From Mustelus asterias (lineage: Eukaryota): 64,000 nucleotides of DNA. Under the pieces are notes generated by a model. That model was not told the DNA's origin, did not search any database, and saw only the letters and a list, made by a program, of their open reading frames with translations. Position numbers and translations under genes: made by a program. The stretch's first letter is position 1. Every line of letters begins with the position of its first letter. The stretch covers positions 37,696,001-37,760,000 of the forward strand of contig NC_135812.1 of the NCBI RefSeq assembly GCF_964213995.1. The letters run 5' to 3'. This document shows, in pieces, positions 49,593-62,859 of the stretch.

Positions 49593-50343
49593 TGTTGGGG
49601 TACCAGATCAGAAACCCCAAGATATATTCTGAAGCTAGACTAGACCCCAAACATTTTTTATTTTGGCATGAATGAGGATAAGATGTTTCACTTCAGGTGT
49701 GATTCTACTGACAAACTAGGAAGCTTTTATCAAAACAAACTTTATTTAATTACAGTTCAATTATAACAAATGAATTAGCTTAACTTTAAACAATTGAACA
49801 ACACTTAAACATGATGAGACACAATTCTTAACTGCTAACCTATCACTAAGTTCCAATCAAGCAATATTTCTCTTATAGACTTAAATCCCCTTTTTAAATT
49901 AGTTACCAAAACACAGGCATACTTGCGTTGATGTAGGTTACTGGGCTTGGAGCTTTCAGAAAGCCTTTGGAGAGAGAGAGAGTGAGAAAGTGACAATGCT
50001 TCCTTCTGGCAGCCCAGACAGCAACTGCTTGAATTCTAAAATGAAAGTGAAACTGTTTTGTTCCTGCAATCTTAACTCCTCCTATTAACCACATGACTCT
50101 TTCTCTGTCAATCAACTTAATCAAAACTCACATGACTGCATACCTAGTCTAAAATCCCAGGAGAACTTAAATAAACAAAAGGTCCATTAAGTAATCCATT
50201 CCTAGCTAAAATCAGTTAGTAGCCTGCATTCCTAGCGTCTGCAGCATGTTGACTAGACAAATTGACTCTTGTAACAGAACACTTCCTCTTAAAGCAGCCC
50301 CATCTTAAAAACAAAATATAGAAAAATAGCACAGATCATCACA
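49593..50343. mobile_element. Solo LTR (probably Gypsy)
   Basis: TG...CA termini (TGTTGGGGTACC ... CATCACA), flanks CAAT/GAAT. Confidence 0.7.
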
Positions 50344-51609
50344 GAATTCTTTCCAGTTCTTTCCAGTTGTGGTTAAATTGAAATCTAGTTGTAATAAAGA
50401 AGTAAAATGTGATACAATGCCACACAACACATAGCCAAGTTTAGTCTGATAGTTGTTTATCACCTCAACATTAGTATTATTAATTTCCAGCAACTGGATT
50501 GATTCCCACATGTGCGGATTAATCGTCCTTTTTGCCTTGTGTTACATGCTTCAGACTCTGTAATAATTCCTTCAACTCAGCTCTCAGCTGCAGTCAGTAC
50601 CTGAGTCAGGCTCAGCACTTTACTAAACAATGTCTGTGTTCGTGTAATCATAATAGGTTCAGAGGAGCTGTGCCAGCTTCTCATCCACCTTGGTCCTGAC
50701 CACCCAATGAGTCTATGAACATGTTGCAGTTGCATTGAGCACAACCCAGGTATCGGTTGTACAAGCTGGCACGTGAACCACATTGTAGCAGATTGAGAAA
50801 CCTTTGACTTCTGATGAGACTTGAGGCAAGGAGCTCTGAATCCTTAGTGTTTGCAATGAGTTGTTTTCCTGCAGGACGCAGTGGACATTGCGGGGAGTCC
50901 GTGATAAAATATGGTGCTGGACAGTGAATCTTTTCTTTGGTGGACCCCTCTGGGGCTTCTATATCATTTTTAAAAAATTGACGACTGGAACTGCTGTCAG
51001 TGCTCCAAGTGTGGTTTGCATTTCAATTCTGTCCCTCCAGAAATGATTTTCAATGCTTGGTTTACATTTGTGGCCTCATTAAACTAGGTTGTTATGCTTA
51101 TTGATATGTGTTTCTCTAATACTCAGATTCTGTTCCTTAATCCTATTTAGAACCTCCTCTTCCTTTTCAAAATGTATTACCACACACTTGCCTACGTTGA
51201 AATTCATTTGCCAATTGCATGACCGTTTAGCAAGTTTATTAATATTTTCCTCCATTTTGTCACAGTCCTCTTCAGTATTAACTGCCCAACTGTGCTTCTA
51301 AATCCTGAGTTCAAACCATTTCTGTAAATTGTGATCAACAGTAGTCCCAGTGCTGTCTCTTGTGGAGCACCACTTCTCACCATTTAACACTCTGAATACA
51401 ACACATTTAACCTCTGCTCTTTAATATATTTTTTGTCCTTGATGTTTTTCCATTGTATTTTGATTAATGAAAGATTTGATTATCTTTTCTACTACTGATG
51501 CTAAGCTAATTCATGTCTAGTTCAATAACTTGTTTTATCTCCTTTTTTATTTTAAGAATTACATTAATGGTATACCAAGGCTAAGACCTTACACTATATA
51601 TTTTTATGG

Positions 51610-52730
51610 AAGATAGATTTTATATCCAGCATGGCCAAATCCCAAAATTTTAAAAAGTGCCAATGATCTTTTAAAATGACAAAAACCATGTGTGGCTCAC
51701 TCCCTAATGTGAAGAGAGGAATGTACAAGAGAAAATAGTAGGTCAGTTAAAATGGCCATGAGCTATCTGAAGATTTTTAATTCAAGGGCAGCTGTCGGGG
51801 AGAGCTGAAGTGATCCACTCCATGCTGACTCCTGATGTGTCCATGAATTATGAGCAGACCAAGGCTGTCATCCTAAATACCTACAAGTTAGTCCTAGATG
51901 TATATCACAGCTGAAAAGCTCCTAAGAAGCTCACCCAGACCTACATCGAGTACGAATGGTTGGAGCAAATTGCATTCGACCGATGGGTAAACTCCCTAAG
52001 AATCCCAGGAAACTTTGTGGGGTTGCGTGAGCTGGTTTTGTTGGATTAATTCAAAAATTGTTTGCCCTTCAACCTGTGCATGCATTTGGAGGAGCAGAGA
52101 ATCCTCGTAGCCAGGGAGGCAGCAGTCCCAGCAAACAGCTATAATCTCACCTATAGATCTGAAAACCTGGGCAGGATCTTTCCACATCATTCCCATGCAC
52201 TTTGGGAAAATAAGCAGGATGATCTGGGTAGGAAAGGCCTCCCACCCAAAAAAGAAAAGATGAAGGAGGATTTGAGAAGCCTTGGAAGGAGAACCCCTGG
52301 TGTATTCCCATTGCAATAAAATTTGGCACTCCAGACCCGAGTACTGGAGATTGTGAGGGAAGCCCACTGGCATAACCGGGCTCCATACGAACAGTGCCCT
52401 GAAAGATGCCCCAATGGGTAGGAGCAGAGCAAGTGGAACCTCTTGCTACAGAAACTGATCCCTTTGAGGGCATGGCTCTGTGTGTCTCTGAGCTGGACAA
52501 ACTTCCAGAGAACTTCCAATAGTTTTGCCCTTTCAGGATCCCGTCCCAAAATGTGAGCATGTATTATCGGACTGCCTTCAAGACGCAGGGGCCACTCAAT
52601 TCTTAATGTTGGAGGAAAATTTAAACCTACCCAGCCTACCGACTCCTTTCTGAAGGCAATAGCACTGATCAGTGGTGTGTGAGGAGGGTCTGTGTTTGCA
52701 CCCCTCTGTAAGGTCTACCTTGTTTCTCTT
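51610..52730 (+). mobile_element. Gypsy gag-protease remnant
   Basis: Degenerate LRELVLLD*FKNCLP, zinc-knuckle-like HCNKIWH, protease-like LQDAGATQ. Confidence 0.6.
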
Positions 52731-53014
52731 GTAAATATCGAGCCAACATAATTTGGAAATCCAAAGATACTAATATATATAGCATAAACATACTCTTCAA
52801 TATTTCTGACATTTTGCAGTCATTACCAGTGAATTTATCCTGTGCATCTCTCCTTATCTCTCTCTTGATTTTTCTATGGTTTTACGTGTCTGCAGGATGT
52901 TACTTTTTAATATTCCTGGTTAATTTAATTTCTTTAGTTTTTTGACTCCCTATTTTTTTTCCTTCATTTTTCTTATTTAATTTTGTCATCCTTGGCTTTG
53001 TTTACAATGTACTT

Positions 53015-53291
53015 AGAGCCATGAAATACCGACAGTGCAGAAAGAGGTCATTCGGCCCATCAAGTCTGCACCGACTCTCTGAAAGAGCATCTCACCCAGG
53101 CCCTCCCCTTCACCCTATCCCCATAACCCCACGCATTTACCATGGCTAATCCACCTAACCTGTACATCTTTGGTCTGTGAGGGGGAAACTGGAGCACCTG
53201 GAGGAAACCCACGCAGACATGGAGAGAACATGCTGGAATCGAACCCAGGTCCCTGGTGCCTTGAGGAGCAGTGCTAACCATTGTGCCACCG
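53015..53291 (-). mobile_element. HE1-type V-SINE
   Basis: Diverged copy of the same family. Confidence 0.85.
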
Positions 53292-53967
53292 TTAGAATAT
53301 ACCCTTTTCTGTCATTTACAATTTTGCTTTTATTTCTTTATTCATTCGTGGTGTTTTATTGCTGACTAGTTTATTCTTGCTTTTTAGTGGGATATGTTTA
53401 TACTAAATTCTGTGTTGATCATTTTTGATCGATTGCTTTGTCAGCAGTTTTTCAGTTTATTTTCTTAGTTTCATTTCCATTTGTAGCTAAAACTTTGTGC
53501 GATTATTAATTATGTCCTTTACTCATTGTCACAGATTTTCTTTGTCCACCTTTTTCCTCCACCTCAGGCCCGAGGGCTGAATGGCCTACCCGTGCTCTTA
53601 TTTCCTATGTTTTCCACTATTAGGTGCTCTGTGATATGGTTCTTTTAGCATGCTTGGTCCTCATTTTTTATATTTCAACCCATATAGATTTCTAACCTTT
53701 TGTTGGTTATGTGCCTATTTTCTGTTGCCATTATGTTTTCTTTAACTAGTCTATCGAATCAGCAGGTCCTCTCACCTTCTTACTTCCCTATCCTTTCTAA
53801 TTATGTTAGAATTTGAAATATTTAGTTGCCTGACCTTTTCTTCATAATGCCTTGTATTGTGATTCCTATTGCATCTGATTCCACGCTACAGATCATTGCC
53901 TCCAGTTGGCCCATTTTATTTTGGATGCTGTGTACATCACTGTACTGGCAGTTTAACTGGTCTATAA

Positions 53968-54240
53968 TGAATCATAGAATCCCTACAATGCAGAAGGAGG
54001 CCATTCGGTTCATCAAGTTTGCACCAACAATACTTTCACCTTGGCTGTATCCCCGTAACCCTACATATTTACCCTGCCACTCCCTCTAATCTACGCATCC
54101 CGGAACATTAAGGGGCAATTTAGCATGGCCAATGTAGCTAACCCATCCATCTTTGGAGTGTGGGGGGAAACTGGAGCACCCGGAGGAAACCCATGCAGAC
54201 CCGAGGAGAATGTGCAACTTCCACACAGACAGTGACCCAA
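53968..54240 (-). mobile_element. HE1-type V-SINE, 5'-truncated
   Basis: V-domain and tail present. Confidence 0.85.
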
Positions 54241-55348
54241 TAGTTGTTCCTTTAACTTTGTTTTTGACAGTTCTTTGATGCTTCTGTTTCATAAGTGATT
54301 TGTTCCCTGACTGTTTATTTCACCCTTGTTCCTGACCTAGATCTGACAGTCACTCTCATCTCCTGTTCATTGAGTCATCAGACTTACGTTTTTTCACCGA
54401 TTCCTCTTCTCTTCTCCCCCCCCCCCCGCCCACCCCACTGAAAAAAGTTTCCTAACGTCACAATCTGTCATATTGATAGAAACATCCTCTTTAAAAATAT
54501 GATGAAGTTAACCACTAAATATACTGCTCAAATAATTGATTTAAGTCTTTTTGTTGGAAAGATGATACGACATTCTGACTTTAATGCATAGGAAGATGAG
54601 CATAGTGCTTCATCCCTTTGTACATACGTAAGGTGTGTTACTGTTTTCTGCTTTAAAATAGTTTTTCAATTTCTTTATTCAAGTGTCTATTTTTGATGTG
54701 TGAACCTACTCTGTGCAGGTCAATAGGCTATTTATGCAGGGCCGTAATAGTCAAGATCAATACTTTTCTAGCCCTACATTCATGCTTATCTTCCAGCAGA
54801 AGGTGCTAGTTGATTTATCTCTAATCTTTCCCACCTATTCCCAAGTCACCTAAGGGAAATGGCCAAAATCAGTCACTCCAGGAAAGACGGTGAATCAAAT
54901 CTAGTATCTCCATGACTGGAATGTTAAATAGATACCATGGAATGATAGATTCATACATCATGGAAGGAGCCCACTTGGCCCAATGTGCCTGTGCCATCTC
55001 TTTTAAAGGAACTATCTAAATAGGCCCTTAGTATATAATCATTGCCTTAAAATATTACTATTAGAGTCATAGAGGTTTACAGCATGGAAACAGGCCCTTC
55101 GGCCCAACTTGTTTGAATCTGCTTCCATCAACTTTTCAGTATTGGCGCAAGCAGTTCATTGACCCAGAGAGATTGGTATGGGCCTTTCCAATAATCTCCC
55201 TGTACCATATATTGTGTTTGTCGAAGAATAGTAAAGCTGGTGACCCATTAAAAACTTCTATGAATGACACCTGCTACAGGGTTGTGTGAATGCCAAACCA
55301 TTGAAGCTGTGCCGGTTGTTGGTAGTCAATATACTTCCTGTTTTCCAG

Positions 55349-55446
55349 TACTCTCGGACAATGACCACATCGTCGAAGGAGGCTCCGTCATACCTGGTAC
55401 AGAGGATGTCACACATTCGGCGCAGGAGACAGGAGCGCAGAATTAC
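55349..55446 (+). CDS. MKS1: MKS1 exon 5
   Basis: ttccag|TAC ... AC|gtaagg, 98 nt; YSRTMTTSSKEAPSYLVQRMSHIRRRRQERRI vs human [31 protein letters not shown]. Confidence 0.95.
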
Positions 55447-56029
55447 GTAAGGGATAGGTGTGGTGGGAGGTGGCGAGTATATAGTTGATAAGCTGGTATG
55501 TTGAGTTTTTTTGTTATAAACGAAGATACAATTAAAATATCGCCTAAAATATTGAGCAGCTTGTGCCAGCTCTGTAAACTGCACAGCATTTGGTTTAAAT
55601 TGCTTTTGAACTTTTATTCATGTCTTTACGTTAGTGCTGGGAGTGGAGTAGTTTCCAATTAAGAGCATCCTGTGCTTGATCCTGGGTACAGCTCCTACCC
55701 AGCTATAACAATGACCCTCAGTAACTTCAAACTGAGGAGAATATTTCTTGCTGCACTTTTGTTTCCGTTTACTTTTGAAACAACTAATCTGTTTTGGTTT
55801 TCCCATTCTCTTTCTCTTTATCCTATCTCTTGTTTGTTATATGGTTAGTGGTGGACATCCTTAATGTATAAGTTTACATATAGAGCATTGGCAAACTATT
55901 TAACTGTGGGCAGTTTTACAACTGAGCCCGTGCACTGTCCTGTGCAGATCACTTGAAGATGATCAACAAAGGAGAGTTGTGGAATACCAGCTCGAAGTGG
56001 ACAATTAGAGTAGAGGTTTGAAGAAATCA

Positions 56030-57440
56030 GAGAACATAAGAACATAAAAACTAGGAGCAGGAGTAGGCCATCTGGCCCCTCGAGCCTGCTCCGCCATTCA
56101 ATAATGGCTGATCTTTTCGTGGACTCAGCTCCACTTACCCGTCCGCTCACCATAACCCTTAATTCCTTTACTGTTCAAAAATGTATCTATCCTTGCCTCA
56201 AAAACATTCAATGAGGTTGCCTCAACTGCTTCACTGGGCAAGGAATTCCACAGATTCACAACCCTTTGTGTGAAGAAGCTCCTCCTCAACTCAGTCCTAA
56301 GTCTGCTTCCCCTTATTTTGAGGCCATGCCCCTTAGTTTTAGTTTCACCTGTCAGTGGAAACAACTTCCCTGCTTCTATCTTATTTATTCGCTTCATAAT
56401 CTTATATGTTTCTATAAGATCTCCTCTCATTCTTCTGAATTCCAATGAGTATAGCCCCAGTCTACTCAGTCTCTCCTCATAAGCCAACCCTCTCAACTCC
56501 GGAATCAACCTAGTGAACCTCCTCTGCACCCCCTCCAGTGCAAGTAAGGAGGGATCTCAAGTAAGGAGGAAAACTGTACACAATACTCCAGGTGTGGCCT
56601 CACCAGCACCTTATACAGCTGCAACATAACCTCGCTGTTTTTAAACTCCATCCCTCTAGCAATAAAGGACAAAATTCCATTTGCCTTCTTAATTACCTGC
56701 TGCATCTGCAAACCAACTCCTTGAGATTCCTGCACAAGAACACCCATGTCCCTCTGCACAACAGCATGCTGTAATTTTTTACCATTTAAATAATAGTCCA
56801 TTTTGCTGTTATTCCTACCAAAATGGATGACCTCACATTTATCAACATTGTACTCCATCTGCCAGACCCTCGCCCACTCACTTAGACTATCTATATTCCT
56901 TTGCAGACTTTCAGCATCCTCTGCACACTTTGCTCTGCCACTCATCTTAGTGTCATCTGTGAATTTTGACACACTACACTTGGCCCTAACTCCAAATCAT
57001 CTATGTAAATCGTAAACAATTGCGGTCCCAACACTGATCCCTGAGGCACACCACTCGTCACTGATTGCCAAACAGAAAAACACCCATTTACCCCCACTCT
57101 TTGCTTTCTGTTAGTTAACCAATCCGCTATCCATGTTAATACATTACTCATAACACCGTTCACCTTTATCTTATGTAGCAGTCTTTGGTGCGGCACCTTG
57201 TTAAATGCCTCCCGGAAATACAGATACACCACATCCACAGGTTCCCCACTGTCCACCGCACATGTAATGTTCTCAAAGAATTCCACCAAATTAGTCAAAC
57301 ATGACCTTCCCTTCATGAATCCATGCTGCATCTTACCAGTGGGACAATTTACATCCAGATGTCTCGCTATTTCTTCTTGATAATAGGTTCAAGCATTTTC
57401 CCTACAACAGAAATTTATCTAACCGGCCTATAGTTACCAG
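56030..57440 (-). mobile_element. CR1 LINE RT and 3' end
   Basis: QHGFMKGRSCLTNLVEFF, SGVPQGSVLGPQLFTIYIDDL, KFTDDTK; tail (agaacata)n. Confidence 0.95.
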
Positions 57441-59154
57441 AGGTAAAAGGGACTGATCTACCAAAAAAAGGATGGACCTACTGCATTTTTTTTCTTTTTG
57501 ATATTGATTACAAACCAACTTGTATCTGTATAGGGGAAAAACATGATCAGTCTTGTGTTGCTTTATTTTGCTTTCATAAATTACTTTAGTGGCACACCAA
57601 TGCTTTCAGAAATTTGAAGATATAGTTGTGTAAACATATATCTCATTCTTCCTTCAGTAACCATGCTGAGTTTGGGGAGGTGGGAGCTACTTGTAGTCCT
57701 CCATTCCATGTCCATATGTAGGCCTAGACAGTGACTGTTGGCAGAATATTTGAGAGGAAGCACAGCATAATATCACAAATGAGCCTGAAAATGATGTGTC
57801 TATGTCTTTTCCCGCAGGAGTCATTGGTTTGCAATCAGGTGGATTTTTCCAGTTTGGTCTCCAATTGAAAGAAGCCTACTGCTGCTTAGTTTCAAATCCA
57901 CTGAATTGGGACAGGACAGGGGTCAAACCATTGGACTTGATCTTTCTCATTTTGTGCTGTGCCACATTGCATTTTAAATGACTTGGGTCATCGAGGAACT
58001 GGATATTTTTTCAACTCGGCTAGTAATTAGTTTAACTTTGTTCCCTTTTAATTGAATTGCGTGAATTCTGTCCCATAGAACCATAGAAAATTACAGCTCA
58101 GAAACAGGCCTTTTGGCCCTTCTTGTCTGTGCCGAACCATTTTATGCCTAGTCCCACTGACCTGCACTTGGACCATATCCCTCCACACCCCTCTCATCCA
58201 TGAACCCGTCCAAGTTTTTCTTAAATGTTAAAAGTGACCCCGCATTTACCACTTTATCCGGCAGCTCATTCCCTTTGAATGAATTTCTTTTACTCCATTC
58301 CCTGTATTTTTTCAGGAATTTAGTATTTATTTGTAATATGGGATGACTTTTTCCATTTTCTTTGGCTTCTCTGGGAAGGAGTAGACTGAATCTTGAGTCT
58401 GTTTGGGCCAAACTTAAGGCTTCTTTCATTTGCAAAATAAGAGCAGACTTTTTACTGTGTACTTAGCAAGGGAGGGGATGTTGGTGTGGGGGTTCAGGTT
58501 CCCTGAGTCAGCTTGAAGCGTTACAGGTTAAATTCAGATGTTGATTTGTGAATTTGGATTGCACCAGTCTGCTATCTGGGTGGGGGCTCAATCTATAAGT
58601 GTCAGTAGTGGTCTGATTGGTGCTATCCAGATTCACAAATCAACATGTTATTTTGTTTCTGTCCAATAGTCTGGCAACTCAGAATTTTCTTATCATGGTT
58701 GTGCATTTATGCAGAGACATTAGGCATGGTGAGACAAAGAAACAGGAACAAGAGTGGAGGAGCAAGTAACTGCCTGATCTCTCGGCTGCAGGCAACATGT
58801 TGGCAAAATAACATATGTGGAGTAAGAAGGGGATAAATAGCATCCAAAGTCAGGCTTCCTCATTCATTAAATATGAACTGAGATATAAATGCCAGCAAGC
58901 AATTCAACTGCTAAGGTATTATCCCAAACCTGGTCTAATCCTCACCCGATGCCCCTCCATTTGCAGGGACACACTGCTGGGGAAGGTTGACTGATCCTTC
59001 ACTTCTCATCAAAAGCTGACAGCTCTGAACCCTATTGTAACCCCATGCTAAGGTCAGATTACTCAATGTAAAACAGAAATTGAACCTGGGATGTACTGGT
59101 TGGTGTGGGAACCAAACTGTAATGTCTGTTTATTATCTTTACATTGACCTTTAG

Positions 59155-59283
59155 GGAAGGGAAGACTCCACAGTCCCGGATCATTACCTGGGCACCGAAT
59201 GAGGAGTTTGTGAGGAACAATCATGTCCTGAACAATCCTGTGCAAACCATGTACATTATGGGAGACCTGGGGCCCTATGGAAA
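59155..59283 (+). CDS. MKS1: MKS1 exon 6
   Basis: ctttag|G ... AA|gtaggt, 129 nt; [43 protein letters not shown]. Confidence 0.95.
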
Positions 59284-59380
59284 GTAGGTTTTCCAACTCT
59301 GAATGAAAACTATTCCAGACTGAAGTGTGTGAGATTGTTTGCTGTTTTAATGGTTAATTCTGTACTGTGTGTTCGTTCAG

Positions 59381-59485
59381 GCTGGGGAAACGTGAGGACG
59401 AGTACGTATTGTGCACCATTAAAGTGGACAACAATGGAGTTCTCTCCATAAAACCAGACTTCAGTGGCTCCAAATCACCCTACAG
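59381..59485 (+). CDS. MKS1: MKS1 exon 7 (GC donor)
   Basis: gttcag|G ... AG|gcaagt, 105 nt; [35 protein letters not shown]. Confidence 0.93.
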
Positions 59486-60834
59486 GCAAGTACTGTCTTC
59501 TGATATCTCTGCATGTTAATGACACTAGTTAACCACATCTGCATTTCTCATTATATTAAAAATATTTATGCCACTGCATTAGAGTTTGAGATACTTCAAA
59601 ATCATCTCGATATTGATTTTTCTGTGTATGAATTCTCAGTCCAGGCCATTCCCCCCTCTCTGGATTCCCTCATCAGGAGTTATTTCTCTGCATCTATCCT
59701 TTGAATCTCTTAGATCATCCTCAGTCTTCTAAACTCAAGGGACTACAAACCACGTTTCTGAAATGCTTTCTCATAATTGAACCCTGGTATATTCTGGTGA
59801 ATCTCTGCTGAACACCTTCCAAAGCCAGTAACTCCATCCTGAGGTGTCGTGTCCAGAACTGAATGTGATACTCCAAATGAGGTCAGACCATTGCTCTATA
59901 CAGCTGAAGCATCACTTCCTCACTGTTTTCCAGCTTTCCTCGAGATAAACATTAACATTCCATTAGCCTTTTTTGCCACACACTTTATGTCTGTTTACTG
60001 GATTAAGTCTCTAATCTGTTACAGCTTTCAGTCTCCCTCTTTCAAGAAAACTATTCTATTTGCCTTTGTCATATCCAAAGTGAATGATCTTCCATTTAAA
60101 TCTAAACTTAAAACGAAACATTTGAAATACACAGGTCATTCAGCATCTAAAAGAGATAGTTTGACTTTTGGGTGGAGGCTGTTCACTGTACAGGACTTAC
60201 TCGGAGGGGAAGGCAGGATAGATAGAGGTGAAGAGTCCAGATACGAATTATCAATAACAGTTTGAAATATTGGAATGGGGTTAAAGTACTATACTCTGTA
60301 CAAGGACCAATTCATTCACTTATTCCCCATACAGTTTTGGAGACACATCTGACTAGCCCTCTGGCTCTCTAGTGCTTTTCCCTGCATATTATGCTCTGTC
60401 TGAGGCAGTGCACAACTCTTTCTATTAAAGTTAAATTAATTGTTAGGCTATTCAACAAAAAGCATTGCCTGCATTTAGATGGTACCTTTTAAAGCAGAAA
60501 GCTCCCACGATATATTTAGGACAGGGATTGAGGAAGAAAAATAGAATATAGAATTAGATACAGTGCCAGGCATGTTACAGTTAGCCCTGTATCTTAGCTG
60601 TGGCCACTAGCCTCGTTAATCCAGTTGTATTTGGCCCTTCCACTTCTTTGGTTTCTCCAGTTGAGCAATGCCTATTCTTCTCACTCCCTTAGGATACTTG
60701 CCTCACTATTGGATAAATCCTGAAACAGCTCACCATGAACTGTTAGCATCAACATTGTGACGTACCTGCAATGAAAACAACATCTCTACTCTAAGCCATC
60801 CTGTGCTGGCTACATTTTGCTTCTCAATCAGTAC

Positions 60835-61185
60835 TTGAGAATAATAGTCTAGTCTGACATTCCAATGCAGTATGAAGGGTTTGCTGCATTTCAAAGGTGC
60901 CACTTTTTGATGAGATGTTAAACTGAGGTCCTGTCTGCCCCCTCAGGTGGCCCTAAATAATCCCATGGCACTATTTTGAAGTAGAAAAGGGGAGTTATCT
61001 CAGTGACCTGATCAATGTTTATCTGTCAATCAATATCACAAAACAGAGGATCTGGTCATCATCACATTGCTATTTGTGGGAGCTTGCTGTGTGCAAGTTG
61101 ATTTCTGCATTTCCAAAAGCTTCATTGGATGTAAAACTGATGGTCATGAAAGATGCTGTATAAATGCAAGCCTTCATTCTTTTTT
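60835..61185 (+). mobile_element. Deu-domain SINE (SacSINE1/AmnSINE1-like)
   Basis: AGGTGCCACTTTTTGATGAGATGTTAAACTGAGGTCCTG...ATCCCATGGCACT resembles the recalled Deu domain; L2-like tail GCTGTATAAATGCAAG. Confidence 0.75.
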
Positions 61186-61449
61186 TTCTTTATGGAAGGC
61201 CTGATCTTGGCATTTCTGATTAATTCCAGCTGAAGCTACAACCTTTGTCATTCAGATGCTAATCGTCCAGCTATGCATAGCCATCATTTTTTAAAAATAT
61301 TTTTGAAATCTTAAGATTTTTGTCTAATTTTTCTCCTCTGCCTCCAGTCCCAGTGGTTCTCCATGTTTATCTGACAGACCTGTTTCAGAGTTTCCTTTTT
61401 GAAATTTAATTTCCTGTTTCTGACATTCTCTTGTTCTTTCTGGGAATAG

Positions 61450-61558
61450 GATTGAGACTGAGGGAGAGAAGAAGGACCTGTGGCTGTACAAAATTAACAA
61501 TGCGTCCTCCACAGTCCAGAAGGAAGATCAAGATAGGGAGCAAAGTCTCTACAAAAAT
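61450..61558 (+). CDS. MKS1: MKS1 exon 8
   Basis: aatag|G ... AAT|gtaagg, 109 nt; IETEGEKKDLWLYKINNASSTVQKEDQDREQSLYKN vs human IETEGEKQELWKYTIDNVS. Later exons were not found in the window. Confidence 0.95.
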
Positions 61559-61946
61559 GTAAGGAAAAATTGCTTTTCTTAGCGAGTTGATGCTCATTTT
61601 CTTAAGTCTAATCTCCACCAGGGTCATGTGTAGCTGTTGAATTGTTAGGTAGAGTCCCTCTCAGCAAAACGATTTAAGATGTGCTGAGTCAGCAGCAAGA
61701 AAACAGCTCTGACAGGTCATCCTGACGCGAAACATTGGCGCTATTCTCTCTCCACAGATGCTGTCAGATCTGCTGAGATTTTCCAGCATTTTCTGTTTGT
61801 GTTGCAAGAAAACATTGCTACACACTCATCTTTTCTTTGAACCCGCCATGGCACAATGGAGCACAAGTCTATGACGATGGGGCATGATACTATGACATGG
61901 CCATACTTGTATAGTTTATATGAGTGACCCTCCTTCTTTGAGCTAG

Positions 61947-62190
61947 ACGGTGGCACAGTGATTAGCACTACTGCCTCACAGCGCCAGGGACCCGGTTCCC
62001 TCCTTGGGTCACTGTGAAGTCTGCATGTTCTCCCCGTGTCTTTGTGGGTTTCCTCCGGGTGCTCTGGTTTCCTCCCAGAATCTGAAAGATGTGCTGGTTT
62101 GGTACATTGGCTATCCTAAATTCTTCCTCCGTGTACCTGAGCAGGTGCTGGGGTGTAGCGACTAGGGGATTTTCACAGTGACTTCATTTA
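61947..62190 (+). mobile_element. HE1-related SINE with alternative tail
   Basis: Matches 15148-15462. Confidence 0.85.
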
Positions 62191-62859
62191 AAACTAGACA
62201 GCAAGTAATCTGTATCTCTAACAATTTGACTCGGACTCCCAGATCATGGAATCACATTAACTTTTCTACTAAGAAATCTCATTATAAGTTTAATCCAAAG
62301 ATCACATCACCACACAGTGTGTTAGATTAATGCAGGTTTCACAGTTGCAAGTTCACAGTGGGTTTAACTAAAACAACATTGTACAAAACTGACAGTCAAG
62401 ATTCCTGAACAGTCAAAAAACAATCAAGTATGAATCTAGTCTGCTGCTGTGTAATGTGTGCTCACAAGGAGGTGCTGTGTATTCTGTTCCTGTGTGGTAA
62501 CCCCTAGCCAACAATGTTTTATTTTGCACCTGCAGACTCCTCACAGAATAGCACCACCTCCTGTCTTCCTCTGATTGCACTGACTATGCAATAATCTCAC
62601 GATACAAGTTACCTCAGTTCCGATTGATTTCCTTCACATTGAAAGCCATTCTGTTTCTGTCACTTCCACCAAATCATTTTGTATTTCTCCACAAGTCTAG
62701 ATGCTACCTTTCACCTCTTATGATAAAAGCGAACACTGTAGACACTGGAAATCTGAATTAAAGCAGAAAATGCTGGAAAGGCTCAGCAGGTCTGGCAGCA
62801 TCTGTGGATAGAGAAACAGTTAAAGTTTCAAGTTCCGTTTTACTTCAAGATGCTGCCAG

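Noticed and set aside
55264-55488. ORF-track ORFs overlapping MKS1 exon 5
   Set aside because: Wrong frame or strand; the MKS1-matching frame is defined by the splice sites at 55349-55446.
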